Shown here in pieces: positions 1-11,470 of a stretch of 30,145 bases of DNA (positions are counted from its first letter, which is position 1; every line of letters starts with the position of its first letter). The DNA lies in NCBI GenBank assembly GCA_037128175.1, contig JBAXWY010000033.1, positions 1-30,145 of the forward strand. The letters run 5' to 3'. The notes under the pieces are model-generated. The model made no database searches. It saw only the letters and a list, made by a program, of their open reading frames with translations, and was not told where the DNA came from. The position numbers were made by a program, and so were the translations under genes. This DNA comes from Methanothrix sp. GTDB taxonomy: Archaea; Halobacteriota; Methanosarcinia; Methanotrichales; Methanotrichaceae.

Positions 1-76
1 CCGAGAATGCGAAAATTATTACAGGATGGATTGAAAGTGCGGAATGTAGGTTGCATGACCAGTCCGCTGACAATTT

Positions 77-1798
77 TCATTCTTCCCCCAAAAACATCCC
101 CACCAACCGAAACTCCCTCACATCCACCAGCCCCTTATCCGTCAGCTTCAGCTCCGGGATCACCGGCAGGCAGAGAAACGAGAGCGTCATGAAGGGGTCC
201 TCCAGCCTGCATCCCAGCCCGGCGGCGACCGCAATGCACTCCGCAATTCCTTCCGCCACATCTCGCATGCATCTCTCCGAGAGCAGTCCGGCCACGGGCA
301 GAGGCAGGCTCGCCAAAACCTTCCCGTCGGCCACCGCCACCAGCCCGCCGCCCATTTGCTTGACCGCCAGAACCGCGGCCAGCATATCTTCATCCGATGC
401 CCCGACGGCGACGATGTTGTGCGAGTCATGGGCTACGGAAGAGGCCAGAGCACCGCAGTGCAGGCCAAAGCCCTGCACCAGGGCCCTGCCCACATTGCCT
501 GTGGCTTTGTGCCTCTCCACCACCGCCATTTTCAGGATGTCCCGGTCTATGTCGGAGACGACCTTTCCATCTTTAATTTTGGGCGAAAGCTGCAGAGATT
601 TTGTGATGATCTGGTTTGGAACAACGCCGATAACCCTGGCCGGACCCTTCTCTGCCTTGATCTCAAACGACAGCGAGCCGAGGGGGCCGATCTGCATTGA
701 TCTATGCCCGGCAGTGGCCGGAGCCTTTAGCGGGACGATGAGTTCGCCGTCCTTTGCCACCACTTTTCCATCTTTGATGACCAAAACGGCGCGGGGATGC
801 TCCAAATCGTCGAGGACGGCGATGTCTGCCCTGTAGCCGGGAGCGATGGCCCCTAAATCCGAGAGGCCGAAGTACTGGGCGGCGTTGAGGCTGGCGATCT
901 GCAGAGCGATGATGGGATCGAGACCCTGCTTTATGGCCGTCCTTACCATGAAGTCGATATGCCCTTCCGTGAGGATATCGGCCGGGTGCCGGTCGTCTGA
1001 GACAAAGAGGAATTGGCGGGCGTTTTTGGCATTGACCAGCGGCAGCAGATCGAGCAAATTTTTGGCAGCGCTGCCCTCTCGCAGCATGATGTGCATTCCG
1101 GAGCGCAGCTTCTCTCGGGCTTCATCAATTGTGGTGCACTCGTGATCGGACCGGATGCCAGCAGAGATGTAAGCAGAAAGGTCGCGGCCCGTGAGACCGG
1201 GGGCGTGCCCGTCCACGGGCCTTGCGCCGATAAGAGCCAGCTTCTTCATCACTTCCGGATCTCGGAAGATGACCCCCGGATAGTTCATAACCTCGGCCAG
1301 GCCCAGGACTCCTTCTTCCTTTATCAGCCCGGCCAGTGCATCAGCACCCAGGGCCGCTCCCGAAGTCTCCAGATTGGTGGCGGGAACGCAAGAGGGGAGC
1401 ATGATAAAGACGTTCAAGGGAACATCTCTGGATGACTCCAGCATGTAGCGAATGCCCGCCTCGCCCCACACGTTGGCGATCTCATGCGGGTCGGCGATCA
1501 CGGTTGTGGTGCCCCTGGGCACGACCGCCCGCGCGTACTCGGGAACAGTGACCATGCTGCTCTCGATATGCACATGGCTGTCGATAAATCCCGGCGCGAT
1601 GATTTTGCCTTCCAGCTCCAGAGTCCGGCTGGCGCCGGCGCATTCGAAGCCTACTATCCGGCCTTTATGAATGGCCACATCCGCCCGGTGCACCTCGCCG
1701 GAGAGAACATTGGCCACATTGCCCCCGGCCAGGAGGAGATCGACCTCGATTTCACCGCGCGCGGCGGCGATCTGTTCATGCAAGGGAGCCATAACCAT
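77..1798 (-). CDS. ade: Adenine deaminase (amidohydrolase superfamily)
   Basis: 573 aa ORF with PGFIDSHVHIESS, DPHEIANV, LAEVMNYPGV, DGHAPG, SDHEC, REGSAAKN, SDDRHP and the C-terminal AHDSHN and LKLTDKGL motifs of adenine deaminase. The start could be the second ATG (MAPL). Confidence 0.95.
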   Translation of the reverse strand: MVMAPLHEQIAAARGEIEVDLLLAGGNVANVLSGEVHRADVAIHKGRIVGFECAGASRTLELEGKIIAPGFIDSHVHIESSMVTVPEYARAVVPRGTTTVIADPHEIANVWGEAGIRYMLESSRDVPLNVFIMLPSCVPATNLETSGAALGADALAGLIKEEGVLGLAEVMNYPGVIFRDPEVMKKLALIGARPVDGHAPGLTGRDLSAYISAGIRSDHECTTIDEAREKLRSGMHIMLREGSAAKNLLDLLPLVNAKNARQFLFVSDDRHPADILTEGHIDFMVRTAIKQGLDPIIALQIASLNAAQYFGLSDLGAIAPGYRADIAVLDDLEHPRAVLVIKDGKVVAKDGELIVPLKAPATAGHRSMQIGPLGSLSFEIKAEKGPARVIGVVPNQIITKSLQLSPKIKDGKVVSDIDRDILKMAVVERHKATGNVGRALVQGFGLHCGALASSVAHDSHNIVAVGASDEDMLAAVLAVKQMGGGLVAVADGKVLASLPLPVAGLLSERCMRDVAEGIAECIAVAAGLGCRLEDPFMTLSFLCLPVIPELKLTDKGLVDVREFRLVGMFLGEE

Positions 1799-1839
1799 GG
1801 GGCTGACATATCTCTCGAAGGCTTATCTAGATTATCCAT

Positions 1840-1954
1840 TTCGTTGTGCGTCCTTTGTGGCTTTGTGCCTTTGTGGTTGGTTTTTTTGGAGGGAATATGG
1901 GGTTAGAGCGCAACTACCGCGCTCAACACAAAGGCACGAAGGCACAAAGACGAC
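1840..1954. repeat. Divergent copy of a dispersed palindromic (REP/MITE-like) element
   Basis: The reverse complement of 1845-1878 (AACCACAAAGGCACAAAGCCACAAAGGACGCACA) mirrors 1925-1954 (AACACAAAGGCACGAAGGCACAAAGACGAC) and resembles the right arm at 5678 onward (AACCACAGAGACACAGAGTTCACAGAAGGACGCACA). There is an inner stem GAGCGC/GCGCTC at 1906-1924. Confidence 0.75.
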
Positions 1955-2044
1955 TTGATAAAGATGCAGCACTTGCCTCTTGCCGCCAAAAATATTAAAT
2001 AGATTACTATCAATTACACAAATAAAATTAGCTTCGAAGTCGGA

Positions 2045-2056
2045 TAAACTTATATC
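2045..2056 (+). promoter_or_regulatory. Candidate BRE/TATA promoter of cdc48
   Basis: TAAACTTATATC lies about 26-37 nt upstream of the GTG start at 2082, which is typical archaeal promoter spacing. Confidence 0.4.
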
Positions 2057-2072
2057 GCTTGGGTTAAAATAA

Positions 2073-4295
<2,223 letters not shown>

Positions 4296-4321
4296 TGCAT
4301 TTAATCAATTGATGGGGAAAG

Positions 4322-4585
4322 GTGAGGGGGATGGGAAAGGTGTTCTCGGGAAGCATTGCTGGAAAAGAGATCGTAAACATCGGTGGCATGGTGTTAGGCG
4401 AGCTGGAGGATATGATTTTTGAGGTGCAGACCGGAAAGCTGGTGGATCTGTTGGTAAAGCCGAACAAGGAGCTGAACCGCATGAAGTACAGGGAGGACGG
4501 AAAGTTTGTGCTCATACCCTTTGCTTCTGTGGTGGCCATCAAGGACTACATCGTGATTGACGAGAGCCGGGCCATGAAGACGTAG
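4322..4585 (+). CDS. PRC-barrel domain protein
   Basis: GKEIVNIGGMVLGELEDMIFEVQTGKL...IPFASVVAIKDYIVI is the PRC-barrel signature. It sits 26 nt after cdc48 and is probably co-transcribed. The likely start is the ATG at 4331. Confidence 0.9.
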   Translation: MRGMGKVFSGSIAGKEIVNIGGMVLGELEDMIFEVQTGKLVDLLVKPNKELNRMKYREDGKFVLIPFASVVAIKDYIVIDESRAMKT

Positions 4586-4615
4586 GATGAGGCTCGATTT
4601 CGCCCCACAGTTTCA

Positions 4616-4852
4616 ATGAAGATGTTACGATATCATGTGCGGCTTCGATGAGAACCCGAAGACAAGGTATACACGGCATGGGTCCCATCACTTCCGGGAT
4701 GTGTCACCTTTGGAAAAACCATCGAGGAAGCTTTGGAAATGGTAAGAGACGCCATCGAGATCTATGTTGAAACGCTTATTTCTCATGGTGAAGAGGTCCC
4801 AACTGACGAATCCGTAATAGAGCGTACCATAGTGATTCAAGCTCATGCCTAA
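4616..4852 (+). pseudogene. hicB: HicB family antitoxin interrupted by an in-frame TGA
   Basis: Manual translation gives MKMLRYHVRLR*EPEDKVYTAWVPSLPGCVTFGKTIEEALEMVRDAIEIYVETLISHGEEVPTDESVIERTIVIQAHA*. VPSLPGCVTFGKTIEEA is the HicB motif. The TGA is at 4649-4651. Confidence 0.85.
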
Positions 4853-4880
4853 GCTGCCTTATCTCATTGATCTGCTTTAA
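4845..4880 (+). pseudogene. Truncated 5' stub of a HicA family toxin
   Basis: An ATG overlapping the hicB end reads MPKLPYLIDLL*. MPKLP is a common HicA N-terminus and the overlap geometry fits a hicBA operon, but only about 5 codons are diagnostic. Confidence 0.5.
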
Positions 4881-4898
4881 ACTCATGAGACTTCCTGG

Positions 4899-4911
4899 GA
4901 AAGGCTTTAAT
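4899..4911 (+). promoter_or_regulatory. Candidate BRE/TATA promoter (probably leaderless mRNA)
   Basis: GAAAGGCTTTAAT ends about 25 nt before the ATG at 4936. A near-identical GGAAGGCTTTAT at 9556-9567 precedes the ATG at 9589. Confidence 0.5.
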
Positions 4912-4935
4912 TTATTATCGATATAGCAAATCTAG

Positions 4936-5478
4936 ATGACGAGAAACACGTTCTATTTAGCCGTCAGCATTCTGTTGCTGGCCGTGGCCGCAGGCTCTGC
5001 GTTTGCGGCAGGAGAGGATAGCGCGACCAAAGTTCTTTTGAAGACCAGCATGGGCGACATTACAATCCAGCTTAATGACGACATGCCCATTACGACCGGA
5101 AATTTCAAGAGCCTGGTGGAAAAGGGATTCTACGATGGAGTGATCTTCCACAGAGTCATCGACGGCTTCATGATTCAGGGCGGAGATCCGGAGGGCACAG
5201 GCATGGGCGGACCGGGCTACGAAATTGCAGATGAGTTCACTGATCACAACCGAAACGATCGCGGCACCATCAGTATGGCTAATTCCGGGCCGAACACGGG
5301 CGGCAGCCAGTTCTTCATCAATCTGGTGGACAACAGCTTCCTGGACAGCAAGCATCCCGCTTTTGGAAAAGTGATCGCGGGCATGGATGTGGTAGACGCC
5401 ATCGGCAAGGTTCAGAAAGATGCCAATGACCGGCCGCTCACCGAGGTAAAGATAATAGAGGCGAAGATCGTCTCTTAA
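4936..5478 (+). CDS. Cyclophilin-type peptidyl-prolyl cis-trans isomerase with an N-terminal signal peptide
   Basis: FHRVIDGFMIQGGDP, GTISMAN, GGSQFFIN and LDSKHPAFG motifs. The N-terminus MTRNTFYLAVSILLLAVAAGSAFA resembles a Sec signal. Confidence 0.95.
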   Translation: MTRNTFYLAVSILLLAVAAGSAFAAGEDSATKVLLKTSMGDITIQLNDDMPITTGNFKSLVEKGFYDGVIFHRVIDGFMIQGGDPEGTGMGGPGYEIADEFTDHNRNDRGTISMANSGPNTGGSQFFINLVDNSFLDSKHPAFGKVIAGMDVVDAIGKVQKDANDRPLTEVKIIEAKIVS

Positions 5479-5591
5479 ATTTTTATTTTGTTTATTATAA
5501 TACTAGTAATAGTAATGATAGCCGATGAAAAAATAGCAGTTGAAAAGGAAGGTCCCTCGTTGTATCGAGTGGGTAACAGAATAATCGAGTT

Positions 5592-5735
5592 CTCGGCGAG
5601 TCTTTCGTGTGCTCTGTGTCTGCAGTTGTGGTAGTATCGTCAGCCGTTTGGTAATAACCAGTGGTTAACGACGTTTCAACCACAGAGACACAGAGTTCAC
5701 AGAAGGACGCACAGAGACGAACTAACAACTGGAAA
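5592..5735. repeat. Dispersed palindromic (REP/MITE-like) element, copy A
   Basis: Collinear with 29871-30021, including an exact 23-bp match (5694-5716 = 29973-29995, AGTTCACAGAAGGACGCACAGAG) plus shared TAACGACGTTTC and GACGAACTAACAA. It has imperfect inverted arms (GCTCTGTGTCT / AGACACAGAGT). Confidence 0.9.
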
Positions 5736-5761
5736 CCATAGTAACTGGAGATGACAAAAAA

Positions 5762-6244
5762 ATGGCAGAAGGCAAATTAAATGCAGGCGGAGTTAAGGTA
5801 CGGCTTATGACCAGCATGGGCGACATCACATTGCAGCTTTACGAGGACACGCCCATCACATCGGGAAACTTCCAAAAGCTGGTAGAGAAGGGATTTTATG
5901 ACGGGGTCATCTTTCACCGCATCATAGACGGCTTCATGATTCAGGGCGGAGACCCTACCGGCACGGGCTGTGGGGGACCGGGCTATGCCATCAAGGACGA
6001 GCTCAACCGCAAGAACAAGAACGATCGCGGCACCATCAGCATGGCCAACGCCGGGCCCAACACAGGCGGCAGCCAGTTCTTCATCAACCTGGTGGACAAT
6101 AATTTCCTGGACAGCAAGCATCCGGTCTTCGGCAAGGTGATAGAGGGCATGGATGTGGTGGACGCCATGGCCAAGGTTAAGAAGGGAGCCAATGACAAGC
6201 CGGTGAAAGATGTGAAGATAGAGAGCGCGAAGGTGATAATTTAG
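5762..6244 (+). CDS. Cyclophilin-type peptidyl-prolyl cis-trans isomerase (cytoplasmic paralog)
   Basis: FHRIIDGFMIQGGDP, GTISMANAGPNTGGSQFFIN and LDSKHPVFG motifs. No signal peptide. Highly similar to 4936-5478. Confidence 0.95.
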   Translation: MAEGKLNAGGVKVRLMTSMGDITLQLYEDTPITSGNFQKLVEKGFYDGVIFHRIIDGFMIQGGDPTGTGCGGPGYAIKDELNRKNKNDRGTISMANAGPNTGGSQFFINLVDNNFLDSKHPVFGKVIEGMDVVDAMAKVKKGANDKPVKDVKIESAKVII

Positions 6245-6398
6245 CGATCTGTTATCTCGTTCTTTAACATTTTTTAACAGGAAGATTTCATAGAAAGACC
6301 GGACCCTGGCGGCACCTTTCCATCCGCCCTGTATTTGGCCCTCATGGAAACATTGAATTACATCCACATTTATCCCTTTACCCATCAGGTGACCCCTA

Positions 6399-8264
6399 TT
6401 GCAATTACTCTTAATCCACTCTGATTTCATTGAGTTCGAGGCCAAGAAGCCTACGAAGATGGCGGAAGAAATAGATGACTCAGCCAAGAAAGGCCGTCTG
6501 GAGGAAGCCCTCTGCGCTTTCATCGCCGTGGAGAAGTTCGACGAGGACGACCCGGATGCGGTCATAGCCGAAGGCGTAAAGCAGATCACGGACGTTGCCA
6601 AACAGGTGCACGCCGCCCGCATCATGCTCTATCCCTACGCTCACTTGAGCTCTCAGCTCTCTTCTCCCGCGACGGCCGTTAAAATCTTGAAAGGCATGCA
6701 TGAGATCCTTTCTCCCGACTACGAGGTCATGCGCGCCCCCTTCGGCTGGTACAAGGCCTTTACCATCAGTTGCAAAGGCCATCCGCTCTCTGAACTTTCC
6801 CGTTCCATCCGGCTCGGGGAGGGCGAGGTGGTCTCCGAGGCCCTCAAGTCCGAGGCCAAGGCCGTATCCTACTGGAAGGTGCTCGACTTGGAAGGCAACC
6901 TCATTGATGCCGACAAGTTCGACTTCACGGACCACGAGAACCTTCGAAAGTTCACCAACTACGAGATCTCCAAAGCCCGAGCCGTGGACCGAGTTCCACC
7001 TCACGTGGAGCTGATGAGGCGCTTGGAGCTGGTGGACTACGAACCGGGTTCCGATCCGGGCAACATGCGCTTCTATCCCAAGGGCAGGCTCATCAAATCG
7101 CTGCTGGAAAACTATGTCCTGGACAAGGCATCCGATATGGGCGCCATGGAGGTGGAGACGCCCATCATGTACGACATGGAACACCCCACCCTCAAGAAGT
7201 ACCTGGACCGGTTCCCGGCCCGGCAGTATCAGATCGATTCCGATAAGAAGAAGCTCTTCCTGAGATTCGCGGCCTGCTTTGGCCAGTTTCTCATGGGCCA
7301 CGACATGACCATCTCCTACAAGGCCATGCCCCTCAAGATGTTCGAGATCACCCGATACTCTTTCCGGCGCGAGCAGCGCGGTGAGCTCGTTGGCATCCGT
7401 CGCCTCCGGGCTTTTACCATGCCCGATATGCACACCCTGGCCCGCGATATGAATTCCGCCATGGAGGAATTCAGAAAGCAGTACCAGGCCAGCATCTCCG
7501 TCCTCTCTGAGGTGGGCATTGATCTGGCCGACTACGAGGTGGCCATCCGCTTCACCAAAGACTTCTACAACGAGAACCGTGAGTTCATCGAGGGCCTGGT
7601 GGACATCGTCCATAAGCCCGTTCTCATCGAGATGTGGGATGAGAGGTTCTTTTACTTCGTGCTCAAGTTCGAGTTCAACTTCGTGGACACCCTGGACAAA
7701 GCCAGCGCTCTGGCCACAGTGCAGATCGATGTGGAGAACGCGGAGCGCTACGACATCACCTACATCGATGAAGCGGGAGAGAAACAGCAGCCCATTCTGC
7801 TCCATTGCTCTCCCTCCGGAGCCATCGAGCGGGTCATGTACGCCCTCCTGGAGAAAGCGGCCCGCCTCACCGAAGAAGGCAAGCTTCCCATGCTGCAGAC
7901 CTGGCTTTCCCCTACGCAGATCCGGGTAATTCCCGTGGCGGAGAGGCACCAGGCCCGCGCCCTGGAGATCGCCACGGAACTCGGGTTTAGGACGGACATC
8001 GATGACCGCGACGAGACCGTAGGCAAGAAGATTCGCGATGCTGGCCGGGAGTGGATACCCTACGTAGTGGTGGTCGGAGACGAGGAGCTGGAATCCGGCA
8101 AGCTCTCCGTTACCATTCGCGCCGAATCTACACCCAAGTCTCCCGCCAAGTCCAAGATGACTGTGGAATACCTGCGCCGAAGAGTCACTGTCGAGACCGC
8201 AGACAAGCCCTGGCGCAGACTGCCGCTGCCCATGAAGCTCACCGAGCGGCCCAAGTTCATTTAA
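6399..8264 (+). CDS. thrS: Threonine--tRNA ligase, archaeal type
   Basis: Archaeal N-terminal editing domain ([37 protein letters not shown]), catalytic [21 protein letters not shown] and [11 protein letters not shown], and a C-terminal anticodon-binding domain. TTG start. Confidence 0.98.
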   Translation: MQLLLIHSDFIEFEAKKPTKMAEEIDDSAKKGRLEEALCAFIAVEKFDEDDPDAVIAEGVKQITDVAKQVHAARIMLYPYAHLSSQLSSPATAVKILKGMHEILSPDYEVMRAPFGWYKAFTISCKGHPLSELSRSIRLGEGEVVSEALKSEAKAVSYWKVLDLEGNLIDADKFDFTDHENLRKFTNYEISKARAVDRVPPHVELMRRLELVDYEPGSDPGNMRFYPKGRLIKSLLENYVLDKASDMGAMEVETPIMYDMEHPTLKKYLDRFPARQYQIDSDKKKLFLRFAACFGQFLMGHDMTISYKAMPLKMFEITRYSFRREQRGELVGIRRLRAFTMPDMHTLARDMNSAMEEFRKQYQASISVLSEVGIDLADYEVAIRFTKDFYNENREFIEGLVDIVHKPVLIEMWDERFFYFVLKFEFNFVDTLDKASALATVQIDVENAERYDITYIDEAGEKQQPILLHCSPSGAIERVMYALLEKAARLTEEGKLPMLQTWLSPTQIRVIPVAERHQARALEIATELGFRTDIDDRDETVGKKIRDAGREWIPYVVVVGDEELESGKLSVTIRAESTPKSPAKSKMTVEYLRRRVTVETADKPWRRLPLPMKLTERPKFI

Positions 8265-8272
8265 GGGAAAAA

Positions 8273-8340
8273 GCCACACGACACAGGGCACAAGGCCGTG
8301 CTCCTGCGCCTGTGTCGTATGGCCAGATTTCTTCTTTTTT
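8273..8340 (+). terminator. Hairpin plus T-rich tract between the convergent thrS and beta-helix genes
   Basis: GCCACACGACACAGG (8273-8287) pairs 14/15 with CCTGTGTCGTATGGC (8309-8323), followed by TTTCTTCTTTTTT. Confidence 0.5.
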
Positions 8341-8363
8341 CGTCAAAATATATATTATTACTA

Positions 8364-9503
8364 TTACGGCTCGGTCATGGGGTGCCGATCCACCCCCGGC
8401 CCACCCGGCACATAGAAAATCCGTCCTAAATCGCTGTAGTAGTTGCCAGAACTGCCGTTGTCCCAGCGGTTGCTCTGCCCCATATCGTAGGCATTGTAAC
8501 CGTTATCGATGAGATGGTTGGAAAAGAGGAGATTCCAGCCGGAAGAGAAGGACAGATAGATGCCGTATCCGTTCTCCTTTGCCGTATTATTTTGCAGAGT
8601 GTTATTGCTGCTGTGACCTGCCAGCTGCAAACCCTTCTCATTGAATGAAACGTTGTTATTCTGCAAAACGTTGTCATTGCTATCATATGAGAGGTAAATG
8701 CCCCGAGAATTGTCCGATGCCGTGTTTTCCCGGATGATGTTCTCCCGAGAGCTGTCCAGATAGATCCCTGCGTCCCTATTTCGCAAAGCATTATTCTTTT
8801 CTATCAGATTTCGGTTGCTGGACTCGGATAGGGAGATGCCGTACCAATCGTTGTAGCTGATGCGATTGCCCCGCAGCGTGTTATTGCTTGATGATCGCAG
8901 CGATAGGGAAGTGTCGCCGTTGTTCATCAGATCATTGTCCAAAATGACGTTATCTCGGGAATAGGCGAGAAAGATGCCGCAGTCGCTCTCTTCATTGATG
9001 TTGTTATCGCAGATATTATTATTAGCGATAGTATTTTGCTCGGAGGCATAGAGGGTGATGCCGTTGGTGTTGTTGTTTATATTATTGTTGGAAATGTTGT
9101 TAGAGCGAGAATGATCCAGACGAATGCCGTCCAGGCAACCACTAATAGTATTATCTTCTAGAATATTACTTTCGGAAAGGACCTGGATGCCGGTACGGCG
9201 CGTGGTTCTAATGTCAAATCCCGATACATTTGTCCCATCGGCTCGAAGGATTATGGCACTATTCATTGCGCCGCCGTCCAGAAGTGGACGGCCAATGCCC
9301 ACCAGGATGATCGGTTTAGTTATGTTCAGGCTCTCTCGATAAACCCCGCTCTGGACAGATATGGTATCCCCGGAACTTGCCCCGTTTACGGCTGCCTGGA
9401 TGCTCTCTGTGGAGCGAACGTTAATCGTAGCGGCGTCGATCAGTGGTGACAGAAAGATGATGGCTACTGCCAGCATGGCTAAATGCTTTGCTCTATGATT
9501 CAT
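8364..9503 (-). CDS. Secreted NosD/CASH-type right-handed parallel beta-helix protein
   Basis: Signal peptide, the SIQAAVNGASSGDTISVQSGVYRE start motif, many GIxLxxSxNNxIxxN repeats, and a C-terminal NRWDNGSSGNYYSD...VDRHP typical of methanogen cell-surface proteins. Confidence 0.9.
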   Translation of the reverse strand: MNHRAKHLAMLAVAIIFLSPLIDAATINVRSTESIQAAVNGASSGDTISVQSGVYRESLNITKPIILVGIGRPLLDGGAMNSAIILRADGTNVSGFDIRTTRRTGIQVLSESNILEDNTISGCLDGIRLDHSRSNNISNNNINNNTNGITLYASEQNTIANNNICDNNINEESDCGIFLAYSRDNVILDNDLMNNGDTSLSLRSSSNNTLRGNRISYNDWYGISLSESSNRNLIEKNNALRNRDAGIYLDSSRENIIRENTASDNSRGIYLSYDSNDNVLQNNNVSFNEKGLQLAGHSSNNTLQNNTAKENGYGIYLSFSSGWNLLFSNHLIDNGYNAYDMGQSNRWDNGSSGNYYSDLGRIFYVPGGPGVDRHPMTEP

Positions 9504-9588
9504 TGCCTATCCCCGATACTACTATCATGCTTCTAATCTTAAAACTTCCCCAAGTGGAAGGCTTTATGACGCAGGCAGATAGTCTCAC

Positions 9589-11445
9589 ATGCCAATGATG
9601 GAGCAGCCCCGTTTCCTGCCTATGTCCCTGCCGGAAGCCCGAAAGCTAGGGATAGAGCAGTTTGATGTCATTCTCATAAGTGGAGACGCTTACGTTGATC
9701 ATCCCTCTTTTGCGACTGCTCTCATCGGCCGGGTGCTCTGGGATGCCGGCTACAGCGTGGGCATCATCGCCCAGCCCGACTGCAAAAAGGATGATGACTT
9801 TGGCAAGCTGGGCCGACCGCGCCTCTTCTTCGGCATATCCTCCGGAAACGTGGACTCCCTGGTGAACAACCTGACGCCCAATTTGAAGCGCCGAAGCTCG
9901 GATGTCTATTCGCCTGGCGGCGCCCTTCTCCGTCCGGACAGAGCTGCAATCGTCTACAGCAACAAGGTTCATGCCCTCTTTCCCAACGTCCCAATTATTT
10001 TAGGCGGGATCGAAGCCAGCTTGCGCCGGTTTGCCCATTACGATTACTGGTCTGACTCGGTGCGTCGGTCCATATTGGCCGACGCGCCTGCGGATATGAT
10101 CATCTACGGCATGGGTGAAAATCCCCTGCGCACTGTGGCATTGAGGCTGGAGAAGGACGAGAGAATTGAGGAGATCGTGGATGTTGCCGGCACCACAGTC
10201 AAAGAAGAGGTCAGCCGCTGGAGAAGCGCGCCCCGCGAGGGCACCCTGACCATCCCCAGCTTCACAGAAGTCTCCATGGACAAGAGAAAATATGCCCAGG
10301 CCTTCGCCCTGCACTACCGCGAGCAAGACCCATTTCATGGCAGGGCAGTCGTCCAGCCCCACCCCAAGACAATCATCATCCAAAACCCGCCGGCCCGCCC
10401 CCTCCGAACTGAAGAATTGGATCGCATTTATGAGCTGCCTTTCGCCCGCGAGTCTCATCCCTCTTATGCTGAGCCCATCCCGGCATTAGAGCCCGTCCGC
10501 TTCTCCATCACCAGCCACCGGGGATGCTTCGGGTCCTGCTCCTTTTGCGCTCTGACCCACCACCAGGGCAGAATTGTGCAGAGCCGAAGCGAAGAATCCA
10601 TCCTGCGAGAAGCGACCAGGCTGACGAAGATGGCGGGCTTTCACGGCATTATTTCCGATGTGGGCGGGCCGACGGCCAACATGTACGGCCTTTCTTGTCA
10701 GCGCTGGAAAAATGGAGCCTGTCCCGACAAGCTTTGCTCGGCAGAGTGCGCCAGCCTGGACAAGGACCACTCCAGGCAGGTCGATCTGCTCCGCAGGTTA
10801 AGGAAGATTCCCGGAGTAAAGAGAGTCTTTATCGGCTCGGGGATCAGGCACGACCTGATAATGGCCGACCATTCCCCTTACCTGGAGGAGCTTTGCAGGC
10901 ATCACGTCTCCGGTCACCTCAAGATTGCTCCCGAGCACATCTCCCCGTCTGTGACGAAGTGCATGCATAAGCCACCTCGCGAGGTGCTGGATGCCTTCCG
11001 GGAGCGCTTCTCCGCCGCCAGCAAAGCGGTAGGAAAGGAGCAGTACCTTCTGCCCTATCTCATGTCCGGCCATCCCGGTTGCACTGTATTGGAGATGGTC
11101 GAGCTGGCCGAGTACCTGCGAGACAATCGCATGTATACGGAGCAGGTGCAGGACTTCACCCCCACGCCCATGACCGTCTCCACGGCCATGTACTACACTG
11201 GCCTTGACCCTTTCACCCTCACGCCCGTGCACGTGCCCAGGGGCAGGGAGAAGCAGATTCAGCGGGCCATGCTGCAATACCGGGATCCCAATAACTACGA
11301 TCTGGTCCGGGAGGGTTTGAGGATGGCCGGACGGGAGGATCTCATCGGCGAAGGGAGGCAGTGCCTGATACCGGCGCGGCCCGCGGGCGGGTGGGGGCGA
11401 GAGCAAAAAAGGAACGAGAGAAAGATGGTGAAAAAGCAGATATAG
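9589..11445 (+). CDS. YgiQ (UPF0313) family radical SAM protein
   Basis: FLPMS, SGDAYVDHPSF, GGIEASLRRFAHYDYWSD, the CxxxCxxC motif RGCFGSCSFC, DVGGPTANMY, HLKIAPEH and QVQDFTPTPMT. Confidence 0.95.
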   Translation: MPMMEQPRFLPMSLPEARKLGIEQFDVILISGDAYVDHPSFATALIGRVLWDAGYSVGIIAQPDCKKDDDFGKLGRPRLFFGISSGNVDSLVNNLTPNLKRRSSDVYSPGGALLRPDRAAIVYSNKVHALFPNVPIILGGIEASLRRFAHYDYWSDSVRRSILADAPADMIIYGMGENPLRTVALRLEKDERIEEIVDVAGTTVKEEVSRWRSAPREGTLTIPSFTEVSMDKRKYAQAFALHYREQDPFHGRAVVQPHPKTIIIQNPPARPLRTEELDRIYELPFARESHPSYAEPIPALEPVRFSITSHRGCFGSCSFCALTHHQGRIVQSRSEESILREATRLTKMAGFHGIISDVGGPTANMYGLSCQRWKNGACPDKLCSAECASLDKDHSRQVDLLRRLRKIPGVKRVFIGSGIRHDLIMADHSPYLEELCRHHVSGHLKIAPEHISPSVTKCMHKPPREVLDAFRERFSAASKAVGKEQYLLPYLMSGHPGCTVLEMVELAEYLRDNRMYTEQVQDFTPTPMTVSTAMYYTGLDPFTLTPVHVPRGREKQIQRAMLQYRDPNNYDLVREGLRMAGREDLIGEGRQCLIPARPAGGWGREQKRNERKMVKKQI

Positions 11446-11470
11446 ACATAGTCTGCAAAGAGATTGTAGA

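Noticed and set aside
4649-4651. In-frame TGA in hicB as possible selenocysteine
   Set aside because: The position is not a conserved Cys in HicB, no SECIS-like element was seen, and Methanosarcinales are not known to use Sec. A nonsense mutation is simpler.
5495-5728. ORFs 5495-5728, 1671-1958, 1832-2119 and 29723-29926 with odd peptides such as LCVSVV and HRDTE
   Set aside because: These are translations of the palindromic repeat family, not genes.
5777-6625. 282 aa minus-strand ORF spanning the cyclophilin, the spacer and the thrS start
   Set aside because: Antisense to two confident genes, with no protein-family signal.
6480-8291. 603 aa antisense ORF opposite thrS
   Set aside because: Shadow frame caused by strong GC3 codon bias in thrS. 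It has no recognisable motifs and fully overlaps an unambiguous gene.
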